Source: Candidatus Saccharimonadota bacterium
Lineage (GTDB): Bacteria; Patescibacteriota; Saccharimonadia; Saccharimonadales; UBA4665
Direction of reading: 5' to 3'
Assembly: GCA_003516025.1 (NCBI GenBank)
Contig: CP023991.1
Coordinates: 629,370 to 661,369 of the forward strand
Length of the DNA: 32,000 nucleotides
Numbering within the stretch: the stretch's first letter is position 1; every line of letters starts with the position of its first letter. Positions 1 through 10,077 of the stretch are shown here, piece by piece. A program made the position numbers and the translations under genes. Below the pieces are notes generated by a model. That model saw only the letters and a list, made by a program, of their open reading frames with translations, did not search any database and was not told the origin of the DNA.

Positions 1-1
1 G

Positions 2-2179
2 GAAAATTACCGGTCGCATGCCGCCATTCTGGAGACGGCTCAAAACGTCGCCGGACAAATCAGTACCAGGCTTCATCATCACTTCAATGGCATGAGTAAG
101 CAGTTGACTGCCGCCAACAGGTCTATCACCACTTCCGAAGTAGTACGCCAAGACTTTTTAAGCCCGATCGCCGAACGCGACTGGGTGGCGAGCCGTATCA
201 GGCAGCTGGTCGATAACGGCACCCCCCCGAGTGGAATTGCCGTTTTAGCGCCAAAGCACCGCTTTTTAGAACCGCTGGTTCCATATCTTAATAAAGAAGG
301 TGTTCCGGTACGTTATGAAAAGCGTGAGAACATCCTGGAAGCAACGGTTGTCGAACAGCTCATTGTTATGAGCCGCCTGGTTTTAGCCCTTGAGAGTGAC
401 AATCAGGCACTAGCGAACCACTTATGGCCGCAGGTGCTCAGCTATGGCTTCTGGCAGCTGCCGACAGTCCAAATCTGGCAACTTGCCTGGCAAGTGGGGG
501 ACCATGCGAAAGAGGGTCTGACCTGGAGCAAAGCACTGCTCGCCGATACGACCGGCCCGCAGTTACGATTACCGGCTATGCTGCTGCTCAATATAGCTGG
601 CCGGGTGCATACCGAAACGTGCGAAACCATCCTTGATTACTTAATTGGTAATGCGGCGCTCGAGACCAATGACGATAGCATGCTCCTAGTTACATCACCG
701 CTGCGCAGCTATTACTTAAGTCCCGAACAGCAGCAGCTGCGGCCAGACCTGTTCTATCAGACCGTTTCGCACCTAACCGTGCTTCGGGCGCGTTTCAATG
801 AATATCAGGCGTCAGGTGACACTACCATGATGCTGCCCGACTTCATACGCTTTATCACTATGTACCAGGAAGCCGAGCAACAGATGGTAAATACCAGCCC
901 GTACGCCCAGCAAGCCGATTCTGTGGAACTCATGACCGTATTTAAATCAAAGGGCCTTGAATTCCAACATGTTTTCCTCATTAACTGCCTCGATGACACC
1001 TGGGGTTCCAGCGCCCGCGATAACGGCAACAAATTAACACTACCGGCTAACCTGCAGCCTATCCGCCATGCCGGTACGACAGAGGACGAACGGTTACGCA
1101 TTTTATTCGTAGCGCTCACCCGCGCCAGGCAAAGCCTTTACTTAACAAGCGCCACCCGGACATTTAGCGGCAAGCATACCAAACGCCTCAAGTACTTCGA
1201 CGAGCGCGAGCAACCGGACGGCAGCTTTATGGCCGCCGTTTTACCAGAGCAAAATCAGGCCGTACTGGAGTCTGAACTGGCCGGTGCGGAACCACAGTTA
1301 GAGCTGCTGGAGCTTGATTGGCGAGCGCGGCACATTGCCGCTGCCGAACTCACTGATCTGCGCGGATTACTTACTGATCGACTGCGCAAGTATCAGCTGA
1401 GTCCTACTCATCTCACTGATTTCATTAACCTTGAGTACGCCGGCCCTCAAAAGTTTTTCTTTAAAACGCTACTCAAATTTCCTGAAACACCACTGCCTGA
1501 CGCCCAGTTTGGCACCACCATTCATGAAACCTTGGAATGGATACAGCACCGTACCGCTGAAAACGGCTTCGCACCAAGCATAGCGGAAGTCGTGACCCAT
1601 TTCCGAAGCCGTATGGCGACTAAGCGCCTGACGGAAATTCGCGCTCGCCTGGAAACGGAACGTGGGGAGCGGGCTTTGCAGTCATGGTATAAGCAGCGGG
1701 CGCACATATTCTCTCCAGGTGACGTGGCCGAGAAGAACTTCCGGAACGAAGGAATATTTGTTGGCGATGCCCATATGTCCGGCCAAATAGACCGCCTGGA
1801 AATTAACGAAAAGGATAAGACCATCACTGTTGTCGATTACAAAACTGGCCGGCCGCACGAAAGTTGGAAGAGCGATCCGAAGCTGCACCGTTACCGATTG
1901 CAACTTTACAGCTATAAACTACTGATTGAAGGCTCTAAGGCATATAAAGATTATCGGGTGATTAAAGGCCGGCTGGAATTCATCGAACCAGACAGCCTTG
2001 GTAAAGTACACGCCCTGGAATTGCAATTTAAGGATGATGAACTGACGCTTACCACCAACCTTATCCAGTCACTTTGGAAACATGTCCAAGAGCTTAATTT
2101 CCCCGATGTCAGTCAGTATCAACCTACTATGAGCGGCGTTAAGGCTTTTGAGCAAGATTTACTAGACGGTAACATCTAA
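2..2179 (+). CDS. UvrD/PcrA/AddA-type SF1 DNA helicase (C-terminal part) fused to a PD-(D/E)XK RecB-like nuclease domain; the 5' end lies upstream of the window
   Basis: The frame is open from base 2 (ENYRSHAAILE...), so the listed Met at 92 is internal. Helicase motifs: NYRS (motif IV), TVFKSKGLEFQHVFL, RILFVALTRARQSLYL (motif VI). C-terminal nuclease signature: GQIDRLE...VVDYKTG...YRLQLYSYKLL. Confidence 0.85.
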   Translation, partial: ENYRSHAAILETAQNVAGQISTRLHHHFNGMSKQLTAANRSITTSEVVRQDFLSPIAERDWVASRIRQLVDNGTPPSGIAVLAPKHRFLEPLVPYLNKEGVPVRYEKRENILEATVVEQLIVMSRLVLALESDNQALANHLWPQVLSYGFWQLPTVQIWQLAWQVGDHAKEGLTWSKALLADTTGPQLRLPAMLLLNIAGRVHTETCETILDYLIGNAALETNDDSMLLVTSPLRSYYLSPEQQQLRPDLFYQTVSHLTVLRARFNEYQASGDTTMMLPDFIRFITMYQEAEQQMVNTSPYAQQADSVELMTVFKSKGLEFQHVFLINCLDDTWGSSARDNGNKLTLPANLQPIRHAGTTEDERLRILFVALTRARQSLYLTSATRTFSGKHTKRLKYFDEREQPDGSFMAAVLPEQNQAVLESELAGAEPQLELLELDWRARHIAAAELTDLRGLLTDRLRKYQLSPTHLTDFINLEYAGPQKFFFKTLLKFPETPLPDAQFGTTIHETLEWIQHRTAENGFAPSIAEVVTHFRSRMATKRLTEIRARLETERGERALQSWYKQRAHIFSPGDVAEKNFRNEGIFVGDAHMSGQIDRLEINEKDKTITVVDYKTGRPHESWKSDPKLHRYRLQLYSYKLLIEGSKAYKDYRVIKGRLEFIEPDSLGKVHALELQFKDDELTLTTNLIQSLWKHVQELNFPDVSQYQPTMSGVKAFEQDLLDGNI

Positions 2180-2188
2180 TACATAAAA

Positions 2189-2217
2189 CAGCCGGCTGAT
2201 TTGAGGTCAGCCGGCTG
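2189..2217. terminator. GC-rich hairpin between convergent genes, a likely bidirectional terminator
   Basis: cagccggctga (2189-2199) and tcagccggctg (2207-2217) are perfect reverse complements around a 7-nt loop. The hairpin lies between the helicase stop (2179) and the aquaporin stop (2241). Confidence 0.6.
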
Positions 2218-2240
2218 CGTAGCTTCGAAAGACTAATTAA

Positions 2241-3116
2241 TTAGCGCTTGCGATTTGTTTTTTTAGCAGTAGCTTTCTTAGTGGTCGCAACTGCTTTCTT
2301 TTTAGTTACCGCTGCTTTTGGAGCGACTTTTTTGCTCTTAGCATTTTCATTGATAGCCTTATCGACGTCGATATCGGTGTCTTCGACTTCTTTCGGCTCA
2401 ATAACAGCTGCCGCGGCGGACTTAGTGTCGGCAGTCGCTAGCGCGCGTTCGCTTTTGTTGTTAGCAAACAGCAAGCCATACAGGTTTACGCCGATAACCG
2501 CACCGAGCAGTGGCCCTACGAGGTAGTTACGCCAGCCGTTATCGCCGAAGAACAACCAACCACCGTTCCCAAACAGTTCCCATGCGTTTGCACCAAGAGC
2601 TACAGCAGGGTTGATAAGACCTACAGAGGCCGCGGAAGCGATAATGATACCAGCAGCGTACGCTAAACCTGATACAGCAGAAAAACGGCTATTGTCATAA
2701 CGGTTATAGGCGGCAGCAGCCCAGGCTAGAGCGAACACCATAGTACCGATTGCTTCCGCAACCATAATACGCGCGTTAAATTCCTGGGTGACTTCCTGGA
2801 TAGGAGCGTTTACAAAATAATGGTACAAACCGTAGGCAGCCCAGGCACCGAGCAACTGAGCTACGATGTAGGTCAAGGCCGGGATAGTCTTAACGCGGCG
2901 AGCGGTCCAGAGCGCTATTGTCAGCGCGGGGTTAAGCTGCGCGCCTGAAGTATGTCCAAATACCTGTGTTAGTAATACGACTGTCGCGCCGGCTGCGAGA
3001 GCGACGAAAAGGGCAAGGCCCAGTTGCGAACGTTGGATGCTTAAAATAGCAAGCGTTAAAACGCCCGTACCGAGAAACTCAGCCACCAACATGGCTACAC
3101 GATTTCTCTTAAACAT
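2241..3116 (-). CDS. MIP-family channel (aquaporin/aquaglyceroporin) with a Lys/Ala-rich C-terminal tail
   Basis: Two NPA boxes (QLNPALTIALW and LINPAVALGA), six hydrophobic segments, and a GGAGG-like SD (rc of ctcctcc at 3122-3128). Confidence 0.9.
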   Translation of the reverse strand: MFKRNRVAMLVAEFLGTGVLTLAILSIQRSQLGLALFVALAAGATVVLLTQVFGHTSGAQLNPALTIALWTARRVKTIPALTYIVAQLLGAWAAYGLYHYFVNAPIQEVTQEFNARIMVAEAIGTMVFALAWAAAAYNRYDNSRFSAVSGLAYAAGIIIASAASVGLINPAVALGANAWELFGNGGWLFFGDNGWRNYLVGPLLGAVIGVNLYGLLFANNKSERALATADTKSAAAAVIEPKEVEDTDIDVDKAINENAKSKKVAPKAAVTKKKAVATTKKATAKKTNRKR

Positions 3117-3207
3117 AGTGTCTCCTCCTTAGTTAGATAAACACAGCATAACCTGACCGATGTTGAAATGCAAGCTCGTTAAGTCTGTTAAGCAAGTTGC
3201 TTAAGCT

Positions 3208-4098
3208 TTAGGCGGGCAAAAGCCGGTCTTCGTACAACTCCGTATTGGGTACTGCGCCGGCAACCGCGGCAGTAACGGCTTCACGAATATGGGCTGCCAG
3301 CAGCATTTGCGACTCATCGGCACTGTCGCCAAAAATGGCGCGCTCTATAGCCAAGGCGTAATCATCGTCAATATTGAACGAACCACGTCCTATGATACTC
3401 CGGTCATAGAGTTCATTTTGATCGATTGTCGTGTTCGGTACACGATTACGCTCTACGACGACGCCTTCGTGCGGCACATCAGCCAGGACTTCGATAGCGT
3501 CGCCGGCTTCATCGCCCAATACATCTACCAGTACCTGCTCGTTCCATGCGGCGTAGCGGTCGCTCTCAACCAGCATTTGTGCCTGGTCAATTACACCTTG
3601 CATAATATTTTCATCATATCGTTCAGCTAACTCTTGTTGGCCATAAGCTTTAATCGTCTCGGGGTTAGACGCCATAATTCCCAGCCAGCCGTTAAAGGCA
3701 GCATTCGCCGCGCATTTTGCATGGCCACCACTCCGAATACCGGCGGCGCGCAATTTTTCGGTGATTGAACCGAGGCGCTCTGCACCCGATGCCGCAGGTT
3801 CGAAATCAAAACCAGCCAGCTCGGCAACCGCCAAAGCGTAGACGTTAGGTCCACCCGGTACTGACGGCCGGACTTCAACCTCTGAAGAGCCATTCAGTAA
3901 ACCGACGCGCTTACGCTCATCCATACAAGTTCCACGAACAGCATAATAATCAACTGTCCTGACACATTCCTTGGCAACATCAGCTTGTTGTTGCACAAGC
4001 GTCAGTTCGGCCGTCTGGTCGCCGACTAATTTGATTGGCTGTTCTAACACTTGCGTGTTGATCGGTAGATCATGGTTCTCTGTCATAGTTTCCTTCAT
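3208..4098 (-). CDS. Hypothetical soluble protein (296 aa) with a CxDxR ... HxxC motif pair
   Basis: Long ORF with an ATG start and a purine-rich SD (ggaagga). It has its own promoter-like boxes downstream of the atp terminator. I recognise no family; see findings. Confidence 0.6.
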   Translation of the reverse strand: MKETMTENHDLPINTQVLEQPIKLVGDQTAELTLVQQQADVAKECVRTVDYYAVRGTCMDERKRVGLLNGSSEVEVRPSVPGGPNVYALAVAELAGFDFEPAASGAERLGSITEKLRAAGIRSGGHAKCAANAAFNGWLGIMASNPETIKAYGQQELAERYDENIMQGVIDQAQMLVESDRYAAWNEQVLVDVLGDEAGDAIEVLADVPHEGVVVERNRVPNTTIDQNELYDRSIIGRGSFNIDDDYALAIERAIFGDSADESQMLLAAHIREAVTAAVAGAVPNTELYEDRLLPA

Positions 4099-4121
4099 CT
4101 TATTCCTTCCATAAATTGCTC

Positions 4122-4150
4122 ATTTTACGCTTGGTCTACAGGTTACACAA
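4122..4150 (-). promoter_or_regulatory. Candidate sigma70-type promoter for the 3208-4098 gene
   Basis: On the minus strand: TTGTGT (rc of 4145-4150), a 17-nt spacer, then TAAAAT (rc of 4122-4127), about 25 nt upstream of the ATG at 4098. Confidence 0.35.
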
Positions 4151-4177
4151 CCCGGTTTGTACACAAGAGCTGCCCGA

Positions 4178-4215
4178 CAAAAATAAAAAAACCGCCGCTT
4201 TCATCAAGCGACGGT
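4178..4215 (-). terminator. Rho-independent terminator of the atp operon
   Basis: Minus-strand RNA ACCGUCGCUU-GAUGA-AAGCGGCGGU forms a 10-bp stem with one G.U pair, followed by UUUUUUUAUUUUUG. It lies 15 nt after the atpC stop. Confidence 0.75.
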
Positions 4216-4229
4216 CAAAAGGTGTCGGT

Positions 4230-4658
4230 TTATCGGTTACGGCCGCTACGGCGACGCAAGCTCGCGACCTGCAGGCGGACTGCTTGGCGGTCTACCAGCG
4301 CCTGCGCATGTTCCAATTCAACCCGTGATTTAGCAGTCGATAGCAACTTCTCAGCTTCAGCCCGAGCTTTCTCGGTCTCAGCCTGGTTGATCTCATCGCC
4401 AAGGTCAGCTTCATCAACCAGTACGCGCGGCCCTTCGCGTGTAATCTCAACCACGCCGCCATAGGTAGCGTAATGGTCAAGTTTATCTTCAGTATCACGG
4501 GCCTCTTTCTTAATAGTGATAACACCGGGAACCAAGACGCTCATGAGCGGCTCATGGTTGTTTAATACTGTAATCTGGCCGGAAGCAGTCGGCAGTACTA
4601 CCGAGTAAGCTTCCTGGTCATACTTAATGCCACTGAGAGTGATAAGTTGTAATTTCAT
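4230..4658 (-). CDS. atpC: F1 ATP synthase epsilon subunit
   Basis: Last gene of the atp operon. N-terminal beta-sandwich-like sequence (LQLITLSG...VVLPTASGQITVLNNHEPLMSVLVPGVITI) and a C-terminal helical hairpin. Strong SD ggagg 7 nt upstream. Confidence 0.9.
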   Translation of the reverse strand: MKLQLITLSGIKYDQEAYSVVLPTASGQITVLNNHEPLMSVLVPGVITIKKEARDTEDKLDHYATYGGVVEITREGPRVLVDEADLGDEINQAETEKARAEAEKLLSTAKSRVELEHAQALVDRQAVRLQVASLRRRSGRNR

Positions 4659-4885
4659 AGAACATCCTCCGGCACAGCTACGGTTTCAATTGCCGGTATG
4701 CCATGTCTGATCATATAAGTAAGCAGTTGATGCCGGGCATCGACACTCACCGTGGTTTGATAAAAATGACCGTACTCACCGCCTTTAATCTGGCGGATAG
4801 TCTCTAGGCCAGGGGAGAGGCGTGGGCGTTGGGACCAATAATCGCTCAACGCCCAATCTTCATTCGGAAGAATGGTTTCTGCCAC
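4655..4885 (-). CDS. Small hypothetical protein (76 aa) inserted between atpD and atpC
   Basis: The GTG start lies 1 nt after the atpD TAG stop. Its stop overlaps the atpC start as ATGA. It fills what would otherwise be a 228-nt gap inside a tightly packed operon. No family recognised. Confidence 0.5.
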   Translation of the reverse strand: MAETILPNEDWALSDYWSQRPRLSPGLETIRQIKGGEYGHFYQTTVSVDARHQLLTYMIRHGIPAIETVAVPEDVL

Positions 4886-4886
4886 T

Positions 4887-6305
<1,419 letters not shown>

Positions 6306-6386
6306 CTATGGCGTTGGGGTTGGAAATATGATTCAGACATTATTATTTTCCTCTGCTGTTATTACTGTATCAGCTCGCGCGTTATT

Positions 6387-7259
6387 TTAGCCATTGAGCG
6401 CCTCCGCGCCGCCGGAAATTTCGGCCAGTTCCTGCGTAATGGCCGCTTGGCGGGCATTGTTATATTCAAGCGTCAGGTCATCAATCAGGTCGCTGGCGTT
6501 ATCGGTAGCGTTCTTCATAGCCACCATGCGCATTGATTGTTCAGAGGCGACTGCTTCCAGGCGTGCCTGGTAAATCTGAGCCTCAATCAGGCGGACAGTC
6601 GTTGAACTGATCAAATCCTCCAGGGAAGGCTCGACTTCGGCGTGCTCGATCTCGGTCGCCGTTTCAATCTCCTCGAAGCCAGCTGGCAGCAAGCGCTGAA
6701 CCTGAACTTCTTGGCTAACGGTAGATTTGAAATGCGTAAAGATAACATCAACCGCGTCAATATCTCCGGAGCGGAAGCGGTCGATAACAGTAGTCAGTAA
6801 TGGACGGAGATCATTGGCTTCCGGTTTTTCCGGTAGTTCATTATAGACCGCGGCTATAGTAACTCCGTTAATCCGGCCGGCCGCCTGAGCGCCCTTACGG
6901 CCAACTGGTATTACGGAGCTTTTAACGCTCGCGGCACGGTCAGCCGATAATTCCTGTAAAAGTCGTCGGATAACATTAGGGTCATACGCGCCGGCGAGTC
7001 CTTGGTTAGACGAAATAACAATGATCAGGCGGTTTTTAATGTCACGCTGCTCGAACAGGTCAGAAGTCGTATCATATTTAGCCAGGCGGCGTAACTGTGT
7101 CAGCATTTCACGAGCTATCTCAGAATACTTACGGGGGCCAAGCACCGCTTCCTGGGCGCGGCGCAGTTTGCTGGCTGACATCAGCTGCATAGCCCGGGTA
7201 ATTTGCCGGGTGTTCCGCACTGAGCCGATACGGCGTTTAATTTGTTGTCGTGATGCCAT
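6387..7259 (-). CDS. atpG: F1 ATP synthase gamma subunit
   Basis: N-terminal IKRRIGSVRNTRQITRAMQLMSASKLRRAQ and C-terminal NNARQAAITQELAEISGGAEAL, both typical of gamma. Operon position supports the call. Confidence 0.95.
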   Translation of the reverse strand: MASRQQIKRRIGSVRNTRQITRAMQLMSASKLRRAQEAVLGPRKYSEIAREMLTQLRRLAKYDTTSDLFEQRDIKNRLIIVISSNQGLAGAYDPNVIRRLLQELSADRAASVKSSVIPVGRKGAQAAGRINGVTIAAVYNELPEKPEANDLRPLLTTVIDRFRSGDIDAVDVIFTHFKSTVSQEVQVQRLLPAGFEEIETATEIEHAEVEPSLEDLISSTTVRLIEAQIYQARLEAVASEQSMRMVAMKNATDNASDLIDDLTLEYNNARQAAITQELAEISGGAEALNG

Positions 7260-7269
7260 TACGCTTCTG

Positions 7270-8826
7270 TTATGCCTTTACTTTAGACTTGCTCGCAGCC
7301 GCGAAACCGTCGGCTACTTTTTTGGCGGCCTTCAAAACGACAGCTTTAATTTCATCGGTGGGTTTATCACCCTTATTCAGGGCCTTGACGACATCTGTAT
7401 GGTCACTGGCGATGATAGACAGTAATTCGGCTTGAGCGTCTTTGACTTTCGCGACAGGCACAGCGTCGAAAGCACCTTCGGTTGCGGCCATCACGGAGAC
7501 AACTTGTTCGGCAATGGACAATGGCTGGTACTGGCGCTGCTTAAGCAATTCAGTCAAACGCTGGCCGCGGTCGATACGGCTCTTGGTCTCTTCGTCGAGG
7601 TCGCTGGCGAATTGGGCGAATGAGGCCAGCTCACGGAACTGAGCCAGGTCAAGACGCAAGCTACCAGAAACGGCCTTAACTGCCTTTGTCTGAGCAGCGG
7701 AACCAACGCGGGAGACGGAAAGACCAACGGAAATAGCCGGGCGGTTACCCTGGTTGAACAGGTTTGTTTCCAAGAAGATTTGACCATCGGTAATAGAGAT
7801 AACATTGGTTGGAATGTAGGCGGAAATATCACCGGCTTGAGTTTCAATGATTGGCAGGGCAGTTAAAGAGCCTGCCCCAAGGTCGTCGCTCAGTTTAGCG
7901 GCGCGCTCTAGCAAACGTGAATGCTGGAAGAAGACGTCACCAGGATAGGCTTCACGGCCCGGTGGACGGCGCAACAGCAATGACATCTGACGGTAGGCAA
8001 CGGCGTGCTTTGAAAGGTCATCATAGATAATCAGGGCGTGGCCGGAGTTATCTCGGAAGTATTCACCCATGGCGCAACCAGCGTAAGGCGCCAGGTAGAG
8101 CAAGGCAGCCGGATCGGACGGGCTGGTAGCGACAATAATAGTCTGGTCCATCACGCCTTCGCGCTTCAAGCGCTCTTGCAACGCGGCAATCTTAGACAGC
8201 TTCTGTCCGATGGCGACGTATACGTTAATAACGCCTGTTTTCTGACGGCCCTGGTTGATCATCGTATCAATGGCGATAGCAGTCTTACCGGTTTGGCGGT
8301 CACCAATAATCAGCTCGCGCTGGCCACGGCCGATTGGAATCATCGTATCAATGGCGACCAAGCCGGTCATCAGCGGTTCATGCACGGATTTACGGGCCAT
8401 AACACCCGGAGCGGCGCGCTCAATCAGACCACGGTTCTTAGCCTCGATTGGACCCTTGCCGTCAAGCGGGTTACCCAATGGATCGACCACGCGGCCAACC
8501 ATTTCGGGACCGACCGGGACATCAAGCAAACGACCAGTTAGAGTAACGCGGGCACCGGCGGAAATTTTGCTGTCATTGCCAAGAATAACGGCGCCGATTT
8601 CATCTTCTAACAGGTTCAGCGCGAAAGCCGTCACCTGCGCGCCATCAGTGGCCTCGATTTCCAAAACTTCGTTATAACCGGCGCTGCGCAGGCCATAGAT
8701 CCATGCGACACCGTCACCCACACGGGTAACTACGCCTGATTCTTCGAGGCCCTGTTCCTGACGGAGGCCTTTAATAGCTTCTTGTAATTCTTGTGATAAT
8801 TCATGGACTGATAGATCGTTGGCCAT
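7270..8826 (-). CDS. atpA: F1 ATP synthase alpha subunit
   Basis: Walker [10 protein letters not shown], with conserved ...[23 protein letters not shown]... and ...[11 protein letters not shown].... Confidence 0.97.
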   Translation of the reverse strand: MANDLSVHELSQELQEAIKGLRQEQGLEESGVVTRVGDGVAWIYGLRSAGYNEVLEIEATDGAQVTAFALNLLEDEIGAVILGNDSKISAGARVTLTGRLLDVPVGPEMVGRVVDPLGNPLDGKGPIEAKNRGLIERAAPGVMARKSVHEPLMTGLVAIDTMIPIGRGQRELIIGDRQTGKTAIAIDTMINQGRQKTGVINVYVAIGQKLSKIAALQERLKREGVMDQTIIVATSPSDPAALLYLAPYAGCAMGEYFRDNSGHALIIYDDLSKHAVAYRQMSLLLRRPPGREAYPGDVFFQHSRLLERAAKLSDDLGAGSLTALPIIETQAGDISAYIPTNVISITDGQIFLETNLFNQGNRPAISVGLSVSRVGSAAQTKAVKAVSGSLRLDLAQFRELASFAQFASDLDEETKSRIDRGQRLTELLKQRQYQPLSIAEQVVSVMAATEGAFDAVPVAKVKDAQAELLSIIASDHTDVVKALNKGDKPTDEIKAVVLKAAKKVADGFAAASKSKVKA

Positions 8827-8848
8827 ATATGTTCTCCTCGTGTTTGCC

Positions 8849-9253
8849 TTAGGCTAACGCAGTTAATTGTCGTAAGGTTGATTGTACGCTGACGTCTAAT
8901 TCCGCGGATGGTGTCTTAGCGATCAAGCCACCGATGAGTCCCGGGTTAACCGCTTCATGCAGGTCAATGGACGCAGCACCCGTAGCGCGTTCCAAGTAAT
9001 CAGTCAGCCGCGTGCGCTCAGCGTCTTCCAGGGGATGGGCGCTGGTTACTTCCACGACGAGGCGGCCAGTCAACCGGTACAGCTCCTCGGCTATGTCATT
9101 CATCAGCACATCAGCGTCGTCGAGCAGCTTGTTTTCCATTAGAAAAGCGGCTAATTCGCGCATGACGTGCTTGGCGTCAGCTGCTTTTGGCTGCTCAGCC
9201 AGTTTCGCTGCTACGACCTGGGCAATCAAACGTCGGGAGACTTTTTGTGCCAT
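8849..9253 (-). CDS. atpH: F1 ATP synthase delta (OSCP) subunit, unusually short (134 aa)
   Basis: Positioned between atpF and atpA. OSCP-like C-terminus ...VTSAHPL...[28 protein letters not shown]. Confidence 0.8.
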   Translation of the reverse strand: MAQKVSRRLIAQVVAAKLAEQPKAADAKHVMRELAAFLMENKLLDDADVLMNDIAEELYRLTGRLVVEVTSAHPLEDAERTRLTDYLERATGAASIDLHEAVNPGLIGGLIAKTPSAELDVSVQSTLRQLTALA

Positions 9254-9256
9254 AGA

Positions 9257-9802
9257 CTAGACGCGTTCCTTCTTGAACGGGGCGTCTAACGCGCGGTCGA
9301 TGAGCTGCGCGTCTTTAGCGGCGTCAACTTTTTCATGCAGTACCCGTTCAGTCGCCAGGGCGACCAGTGCGGCAGTATCTTTTTTGAGCGCCACACGAGC
9401 CTTGGCTACGTCAGCTTCCAACTGGGCATGGGCGTCTTTAACGATTTGCTCGGCCCGGCTGCGTGCTTTTTCTTCCGCTTCCGCCACCTGGGCTGTGGCC
9501 TCGGAATGCGAACGCTTAATGATGTCATCAGCTTCGGAACGGGCATCAGCCAACAATTTCTGTATGTTAGCCTCCGCTTTTTCACTGGCTTCCTGTGATG
9601 CCTTAGCTTCCGCCAAACCCTTTTCAATCGTCTCTCGGCGCTCGTCAATGGATTTAACCAGGAACGGGTACACAAATTTGCCTAAGATAGCGACCAACAC
9701 TAAAAAAGCAATTGCTTGGATAACAAGCAATCTCCAATCAATGCCAAGCGCCCCGAACAATCCGGTCGACTCAGTGGTTTCGGCTGCGAAAAATGTGTAC
9801 AT
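9257..9802 (-). CDS. atpF: Fo ATP synthase b subunit
   Basis: Single N-terminal TM helix (LLVIQAIAFLVLVAILGKFV) followed by a long charged Ala/Glu/Lys-rich helix. Operon position supports the call. Confidence 0.85.
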   Translation of the reverse strand: MYTFFAAETTESTGLFGALGIDWRLLVIQAIAFLVLVAILGKFVYPFLVKSIDERRETIEKGLAEAKASQEASEKAEANIQKLLADARSEADDIIKRSHSEATAQVAEAEEKARSRAEQIVKDAHAQLEADVAKARVALKKDTAALVALATERVLHEKVDAAKDAQLIDRALDAPFKKERV

Positions 9803-9811
9803 ATCTACCTA

Positions 9812-10027
9812 TTAAGCTAAGAATTTAATGATGAGGGCTACAACCAAACCAATGATGGCCAGGGCGTCTACGAACGAGATAGCCAGGATCATCAGGGTAC
9901 GGATGTCACCGATTGCTTCAGGGTTGCGGCCAGCAGCGTTCATAGCGCCAAGACCGATAAGTCCGACGCCGATACCACAAAAACCAGCACCGATAGCGTA
10001 GGTTAGTCCGAATGCGAGTGATTCCAT
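9812..10027 (-). CDS. atpE: Fo ATP synthase c subunit (proteolipid)
   Basis: 71-aa two-helix hairpin with a Gly-rich helix 1 (GIGVGLIGLGAM), loop RNPE, and a helix-2 carboxylate in ISFVDALAIIG (Asp). Confidence 0.9.
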   Translation of the reverse strand: MESLAFGLTYAIGAGFCGIGVGLIGLGAMNAAGRNPEAIGDIRTLMILAISFVDALAIIGLVVALIIKFLA

Positions 10028-10077
10028 TAGTTTTTTCTCCTTATTAACAATTTAATTATCGTACCATAAACATCACG

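Noticed and set aside
9273-9815. 180-aa plus-strand ORF opposite atpF, and similar antisense ORFs across atpA, atpD, atpG and atpB (for example 8038-8541, 8255-8677, 5739-6140, 5947-6390, 7021-7425).
   Set aside because: All lie antisense or out of frame to highly conserved ATP synthase genes. They encode Ser/Ala/Arg-rich low-complexity products and have no independent start signals.
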